Positions 56,536 through 64,000 of a DNA stretch of 64,000 nucleotides are shown here, piece by piece. A program made the translations under genes and the position numbers. Under the pieces are notes generated by a model that worked only from the letters and a program-made list of their open reading frames with translations, ran no database searches and was not told the DNA's origin. The stretch lies in NCBI RefSeq assembly GCF_009914755.1, contig NC_060936.1. The stretch is one strand, 5' to 3'. Source of the DNA: the human T2T-CHM13v2.0 reference genome, Homo sapiens. Each line of letters starts with the position of its first letter. Position 1 is the first letter of the stretch.

Positions 56536-58399
56536 TGCTCCAATTAAAACTTCAACCAGACTCCAAAAATACAAACGTGGCAGGGGGTGGATTTGAAATG
56601 GAAAGCGAAGCAAGCTCAGGAAAGAGCCAGCTCCTGCCTCTCCTCCCGCCCCCTGAGCACATGCTGGTCTCTTCCAGGCGCCAACAGTGCATGGGGCCAA
56701 AGAGATGAAACTGAAAGCTACAGTGTAGGGCCCACCGCTTGTCTTTTCATCTTCATGGCCAGGAGCTCTCAGCCCGGCTGCACGCTGGCCTCACCTGGGA
56801 GGCTTCTCCACCACCCACGCCCACCCCCGGACTCTGCAGGCTTGGGGTCCTCTGCCGGGCTTGCAGCATGGGGGAGGCCGGCTGCTATGCCCCGGGGAGG
56901 GCTGCGTGGCGCCTGCCTCCTGCGTGGGGGGCGGCCCCCATAGCGCCAGCATCTTCCTGTCTCCCGGGCACGTGGGCAGTGCCACCCTCTCCCTGACCCA
57001 GTTTGCCATCCTCTAGGAAGGGGCACGGGGGAATAGCCGCTGCCAGCGCCTTCCCTGAAATAACCTGGAAGGGCTCCACTCTGGGCCCCAGGCGGCTGCC
57101 ATATGGCCACGGCACAGCCCTCGACCCCAGGCACGCCCCACCACCCCCCACTGCAGAAGGGGTGCCCGCCGGCCTTCCCCTCACACCGTGCCCCCAGGGA
57201 ACCTCCGGAGCCGGTCAGACCCTGCCCATCCCACTGGGAGCTTGGGATCACGTCTCACAGGACAAGCCAAGACCCCACAGCCCAGCGGGGGATGAGTCTG
57301 AAGCTGATTCCCGGACAGCCCAGCAAGGCTGGGAGGGAGCCGGGGAGGGGCCATGTGCGTGGGGGAGGTGGTGGTTTTTTAGAGCCTTCCCCCACTGTTC
57401 CCCTTAGAAACCGGGTGAGTGAGCCTGCACGCCAGCTCCCCTCCCCTGCCCACTCCTGCTCAGAGCCCAGCAGCCTGGCCTGCCACAGGGCCCAGAGCCC
57501 GGACACCTCCTCTTCCCACCGATCTTCCATTTTCAGAGGGAGCCGCTCTCCCTCCTCTCAGGCCTGCTCCATCTGTGACATTTCCCTTCCCTGGACGAAG
57601 TGGGGTTTTCACCCTTGTGAGCAGAGTCTCCTTCAGGGCTCCTCCGTGAGAGAAATATGGGGCTGGACAGGGTCCCCTTCCCTCCCTCCTCACTCACCCT
57701 AAGAACCTCCAGGGACCCAGAGGCCACGCAGGCACGGAGCCAGCACCCCCGCCTCCCCCGGGGCCAGTGACCAGGCCGGGAGGTGAAGCAGTCCTCCCTC
57801 CCTCCGGCCAGCCGCCACCCTGACCTCAGCCAGCGTGCGCTCCCCGGGGACAGGAGGGAGGCTGCTTCCACCGAGGCCTCTGCTGACAGATGTCCGGGCC
57901 CCCACCTGGACCTACCCAGACCTAAGCTCCTGGGCGGGTGGTCCCGTACGCGCTGCCTTTCCCGGTGAAATACGGTTTCCACTGGGAGAGTCTGCCCCCG
58001 GCCAGCAGCCCGCGCACACTGCTCACACAGGCACACGCATGCACGCACACACTCTGCTGGGGAACATCTGTTTTGACAAACACATTATTCAAGTCAGTCC
58101 ATGGGACGTGAATTGACAGATTCCTGGGCGCAGCCTGCGGGCTTTGTGCATTTGCACCTGAGCCGAGCTGGGGACTCTGATGTGTTTGTCCCACGTCCCC
58201 TTCCCCCCCTCCACCCCGCCCCCAAGAAGACAAGTCCAGGCCCTGAGCCGCTGCTGTCTGAGAAGCCTGGGGCGCACTCCCCAGGCGAGCGGGGCCGTGT
58301 CCATCGGGTGCCAAACTTTGCCTGGAGGGGCCTTTCTTAAAAGCCTGGGGTGGGGGCCATGACAGAGCCACAGCACCCCTGCAGCTGACACCCGGCACC

Positions 58400-59200
58400 C
58401 AGGAAGAAGCCCGTCAGCCCTTCCCTTCCGAGACGATCCTGAATTCCAAGCAGCACCGACATGCCAGCAGGGCGAGCCGCTGCTCCCCGCACCCAGCGCC
58501 CCCGGACCCCACGCTGAAGGGCATTCTCCATCCGCTGCAAGATAAACTTTGTCTGGGCAAAGAGTTTCCGGCTAACCCCCTGTGATCAACGCCGCTGCAG
58601 CTCGGGTGCAGAAAGGCGAGGGGAGACGGGAAGCTATTTTTAGGAGAAAAAAATAAATCTCAGCCTACCTTTAGAAGCGAGCTGTGCCAAGGCTCCGGAG
58701 GTTCACCTCGGAGACAACTGCAGTGTACTGTGTCAGATTACAAACTGGGGGCGAGACGGAGGGAGGGAGGAGGGGGAGAGGGAGAGAAGGAGGGAGGGAG
58801 GAGGGGGAGAGGGAGAGAGGGAGGGAGGGAGCAGCAGAGGGAGAGACAGGGAGCGAGAGGCAGGCAGAGGCGGCGCCCAGTCAACATTGCAGGGCATTGG
58901 TGTGTCTGCACTGCTTGCATTCAGCTAGACATGATTCATTAGTTTTCTGCAGGCAGGCAAGCAGGTCGAGAGGGAGAGAGGGAGGGAGAGAGAGGGAGAG
59001 AGAGAGGATCATCCGCCATGCAGCAGTAACCAGAGCCTCTGAAACGTCAGTGTTTGAACGCACACACACACACACACAAATACACATGCACACACACGTG
59101 CGCATACACACACCAAGATGGCTATACCCCTCACTGCCAGTTTCTCTTTCACAGAGCTGTGGTGAAAAGCTCGGACAGAGATGGAGGCAAACAGCTCTCA
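58400..59200 (-). promoter_or_regulatory. Candidate promoter / non-coding first exon of a minus-strand gene
   Basis: TE-free, CpG-retaining block with GA-rich tracts and (CA)n; minus-strand donor AAG|GTAGGC at 58669|58668. Confidence 0.4.
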
Positions 59201-60282
59201 GCCACGCGGGGCTTGGGGTTGGTGCTTTTCTCTCCATCCGTGGGAAAACAGCACAGGATCTTCCCTGCAGGAGGCCGGGGGTCTCCTGCAACCGACAGGC
59301 AACCGATCAGCACATCAAAGTAAAAGCTGCCCTGGGCTCTACTCCAGGAAGCTCAGAAACTCAAGCGCCCTCAGAATTAAGTGATGAAGAGGAGCGACCC
59401 AAGCTGCCTGGGTCTTTGCTCTCCTGTCCGGCTCCCCTCCCCACCCCAAGCCTCCAGTGGCCCCGCGGGTTCCCCCTTCCCACAGAACTTCAGGTGGTGG
59501 CACAGATATACCCGCTACCTAGCAAGCGGGTGGTGCAGGAGGGAAAAAACCCTGGGAAACACGCATGGACTTCACACACTTACTTCCTTCCCTGGGGTAA
59601 AAATCCCATGGCTTGTTACTGAAAGGTGCTGAATAAGATAGCTCATGCGGAGGAAAGCCCCTTTGGTATTTTGGGCTCCACATACCCTAATTGAGGCTCT
59701 GAGGGCTCCTACTAATGATGGCCCTGTGCAGGGACAAGACTCGAGTGTAGGACACGAGAATTCCAAGGAAGGGCTCACCACGGGTCCTTTGTACAAAAAG
59801 GAAGGACTTGTCCCGAGGTGCTTTCTGTTGCTTCTCCAATTAAGGCTCACTTTACAAGTTTTTAAAAAAATGGGCTCCTTAGTAAAACCAACACATCCTA
59901 CCATCACCGTGGTTTTGCTTGTGATCTTAAAGGAATCTCAAAGGTCTCAAACCTAGACAGCCAGAGGAAACCTCTTCCCAAGACAACTTTTTCAACACTG
60001 TGGCAGACGGGTCCAGCGAGTTTTCCCAGTCAGGACTCATTTTGGCCTCCCGGATAGGCTTCTGAATTATATGCCTCTGAATTTGGCTGCAAGACTGGAG
60101 GCTTCTTTCAAGCCCCGTGTAGAGTGGCCCCAGCCTCTGTGCATGGAACAAAGAGATACGTGCTGTATCCAGGAGTAGGTGGCAAACCACAGACGATTCC
60201 TTTTCACCCTGCAGCAGAGTTATCAGGTCACAGAAACTACAAGACTGCAGAAAATCGTGGAAGGGACTGGTTACCAGATACT

Positions 60283-60770
60283 CGTACACACATGTTCACA
60301 GCTGCGCTGCTCTCAACAGCCAAAGGGTAGAAATGACACAAGTGCCCATCAATGGATGAATGGGGAAACAAAATGTGGCATATCCATACAATGCAATATT
60401 ATTCAGCCAGGAAAAAGGAATGGAGTATGTGATTCCTGCTACCACATGGATGGACCTTGAGAGCACCATGCTGGGGAAAGAAGCCAGACACAAAGCCCAT
60501 CTATCGTATGAGCCCATTTTTATGAAATATCCAAAATAGGCGAATTCATAGAGACAGAAAGGAGACTGGTGGTTGCTGAGGGCTAGGAGGAGAGGAGATG
60601 AGGAGTGACTCCTTACTGGAGTGGGGTTTCCTTTTGGGGTGGTGAGAACACATTGGAACAAGAGAGAGGTGGCAGTTGCACAAGACTGTGAATGTATTAA
60701 ATGCCGCTGAATTGTTTACTTTAAAATGGTTAATTTTATGTGATGTGAACTTTACCTCCATAAAAACATA
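60283..60770 (+). mobile_element. L1MB 3' end
   Basis: 'gtgcccatcaatggatgaatgg...aaaatgtggcatatccatacaatg...tttaaaatggttaattttatgtgatgtgaactttacctc'. Confidence 0.9.
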
Positions 60771-61343
60771 TGAAAAGACCGTAGAAAGTGCCTGTGAATT
60801 GGGCCCCACTGACCCAGTCTGCCCCTTCCTGACTCCATCTGTGTGGCCTGGAGCAGGTCAGTCTTTTCCCACATCTGTAAAACGATCGTGTCTGCTTATC
60901 ACATAATGTCTACTTCACGGGGCTCTTCTAGGGGACAAATGAAATATTTGACAGAAGGAAATAAAGCTATTCCCCCTTAGAAAGGATTCAATCTTTTAAA
61001 AGGTCATTCAGTGGCATGAAAATGACTCTCCACCTTTGTTTTCTCAGCAGAGAGGAAATTAATTGTTAAGGAATGCCATGGAACATTTAGGCCAAAAAGC
61101 CAAGGTTCGAAAACAAATAAGCTGCAAAAAATGTTTCCATTCAAAGATGCTGGGTTCTCCCCATACAGGGCCATTGCTGTCTGCACCAGCCCCACTGAGT
61201 CTCTGTCATGGCTGCACTGTCGTCTGCAGTATCCCATGTGTGTGGGGCTGCATGTCATGGGTCTCGGCGTGAGGAGCCCACTTTTTCAGCTGGACAACTT
61301 GAGACCAAAGAGTTGACTGTAGCTGCCAAGAGACACATGGTCA

Positions 61344-61691
<348 letters not shown>

Positions 61692-62529
61692 TAATACAGG
61701 ATTCCATTTCTTGGTGTCATGTTCTAACTTCACAAAAATTAGGTAAATTTTGTGCATAAAATACTGAAAAAAATGTAACAAACCAGAGACTTTCATAGGT
61801 AACTAACAATCCAGATGAAGCCATTCTGGGCCTGTGAAGAATGAGGATGTATTCAACCCAGCAGGAAGGAGCTAGCCAGTTCTGAAAAATGAGCTGCTGT
61901 GGTGGGGACCAGTTTCGGTGATGGAATCAAAAGTGCTGACCCCCTCCAGCGCTTGTCATAGGCAACCTGCTAGCTCTGGACTGCACACAGGCCACACAAA
62001 GGCATTGCTACTCATCGGGTCTATTAGGCCGTTAAAGACTCCTGTGAATAAGGCACCATTTGTTTTATCTGGTCCTGGATGGAACGAGTGTTTGCCAGAT
62101 GTCAGGAAGTGTCAGATGCAAAGCTGCATAATTGCCATTCACAGTTTTCCAGCCCTCCGTATGGAGACAGCACAACTAGACAGTTTCCACTTGGAACTGC
62201 TGTCTGAGAAAATGCCAGTCATTTTGTTTGCAACGTAGTTCTGAAGCTTCAGCATTAAAGTGGAATCTCCTGTCGCTGGACAGCTAATAATAGGTCTGTG
62301 CTGACACTGACCATCAGCACCTCTGCGGGCCTGAGCTTCCACAAAGCACAGCAAGTTTTCTATGAGGCCAATTCCAAGGCCGGTGGGTAAGTGCAGCCCC
62401 CTAAATCCTTTCAAGTAGCCTTTGAAGCTGGGTGTTCACCATAAGTGCAGCACTCAGCTAGGAACATCTCTCGGAAAAACCTGCCCTGTTTACAAGTAGT
62501 AGGGTAGTCAGAAAGGTCTAAAAACTAGG

Positions 62530-63890
62530 CAGTATTAGAGATGACATGATGATCTACCTGGAAACCCAGATGAACCAATCACAGAAAAACTGTTACAAAT
62601 AAGAATTGAATAGGAGAGGATAGAATAGGTCTGGCGTGGTGGCTTATACCTGTAATCCCAACACTTTGGGAGGCTGAGACGGGAGGACCACTTGAGCTCT
62701 GGAATTTGAGACCAGCCTGGGCAACATGGTAAAAGCCTGTCTCTATGAAAAATACAAAAAATTAGCCAGGTGTGATGCCTCATGTCTGTAGTCCCAGCTA
62801 CTCGGGGGCTGAGGTGGGAGGATCACCTGAGCCCAGGAGGTGAAGGTCGCAGTGAGCCATGATCACACCACTGCACTCCAGCCTGGGTGACAGAGCAAGA
62901 CCCTGTCTCAAAAAAAAAAAGGAGAGCTCTAGATATATTCCATAATTGAATAGAATAGTATATTATTTTAGGTTCCCAGCAAATATATATTTGTATATTA
63001 TTGCATATTATTTTGGAGGAACAAAAATAATATACAAAAGTCAATAGGTTTCCTATATAAAAGCAATAATCAGTTAGGAAGTATAATGGAAGGGGAAAAA
63101 ATTCCATTTATAATAGCATACAAAAAGAAAGGCATGCCTAGAAATGTGTAAGATATATATGAAGAAAACTGAGGAAAAAATAAAAGAAAAATGGAGCAAA
63201 AAGAAAAGCCAACCCCACACTTGGAGAGGGTCCTTAAATTTTATAAAATTCTCCTGAAATCAACCTTAACATTTAATATGATTACAATCAACATAAAGCC
63301 GAGATTTTTTTCCAGACCTCTGGAAGCTGATTCTAAACTTAGTATGGAAATATAAGCACAAAAGTATAACCCAGACATTTTATTGAAGGCAAGAAAAAGT
63401 AATGAAAGAAAACTAGTTTTACCAGACATTAAAATATATTATAAATATATAAATAAAATTGTTTTGTCATGGTACATGAACAGACAGACCCATAGAACAA
63501 ACCGGGTGGTCCATAAACAAATCCAATTACATATGAGAATTTAATATATGATAAAATAGTATTTCTAATCAATAAGAAAATATAGAATACTCAATAAATA
63601 ATGGTCAGAATACAGGATAATTAAGGGAAAAAGTTCTTACACATAAGTTAATTCCAGATCAATCAAGTATTCAAACATATAAAAGAAAAATTAGACATTC
63701 TAGAAAAATTATGAATTTTTTTCATTATTGTCAAATGAAGAAGGACTTTCTAAGAAAACTCAGGAACAATAAAAGGAAATGCTGATTAAATCTGATTATG
63801 TGGAAATGTAAACTTCTGCACAGTGGGAAAATGCCACAAATAAAACCAAAAGATTTGCTACAACTGAGATAACATATTTGCAACACATAT
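62530..63890 (+). mobile_element. Old L1M ORF2 region (decayed), split by an Alu
   Basis: 'agatgacatgatgatctacctggaaaccca' (ADDMI-like RT motif), 'ccatttataatagca', 'aagctgattctaaa', 'atttaatatatgataaa'. Confidence 0.75.
62628..62920 (+). mobile_element. AluJ/S
   Basis: Full dimer with poly-A. Confidence 0.92.
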
Positions 63891-64000
63891 TTCAGATTCA
63901 GTTGTGGGTCCAATTTTGTGGGGCCTGGAGTTTATATAATGTGGAGAGCCCTAGTTAAGAAAAATAAAACACAAAGAACACCAATACAAAATACACAAAT

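Noticed and set aside
58490-58512. CTCF site
   Set aside because: Only the GGGGGCGCT half matches; the upstream CCAC/CCAG part is absent.
58684-59622. 312-aa ORF as a protein-coding gene
   Set aside because: GTG start, runs through GA and CA simple repeats, and has no recognisable domain.

Overview
This is primate (very likely human) non-coding genomic DNA, GC-rich and dominated by interspersed repeats: about 27 Alu/FLAM/FRAM copies, one young 5'-truncated L1PA, many old L1M/L2/MIR fragments, MaLR and ERV solo LTRs (MST/THE1, MLT1, MER21, MER41, MER4, MER31, LTR18) and DNA transposons (MER3, MER5, MER20, Tigger3b, Charlie-type). I cannot support any host protein-coding exon. The only ORF that is a recognisable protein is the C-terminus of L1 ORF2 (41109-41966); the other ORFs read through Alus, simple repeats or GC-rich filler. 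Retroelements lie mostly on the + strand, and a promoter-like block with a minus-strand splice donor sits at about 58.4-59.2 kb, which suggests a long intron of a minus-strand gene that I could not identify. I found no evidence of a novel biological system. The best observations are mechanistic: an AluY with an approximately 110-bp target duplication ending exactly at an older Alu, local patches of old repeats rewritten AT->GC with many CpGs, an L1PA inserted in an Alu linker, and many short tandem duplications. Repeat family names come from recalled consensus sequences, not a RepeatMasker run, and boundaries of old elements are approximate.
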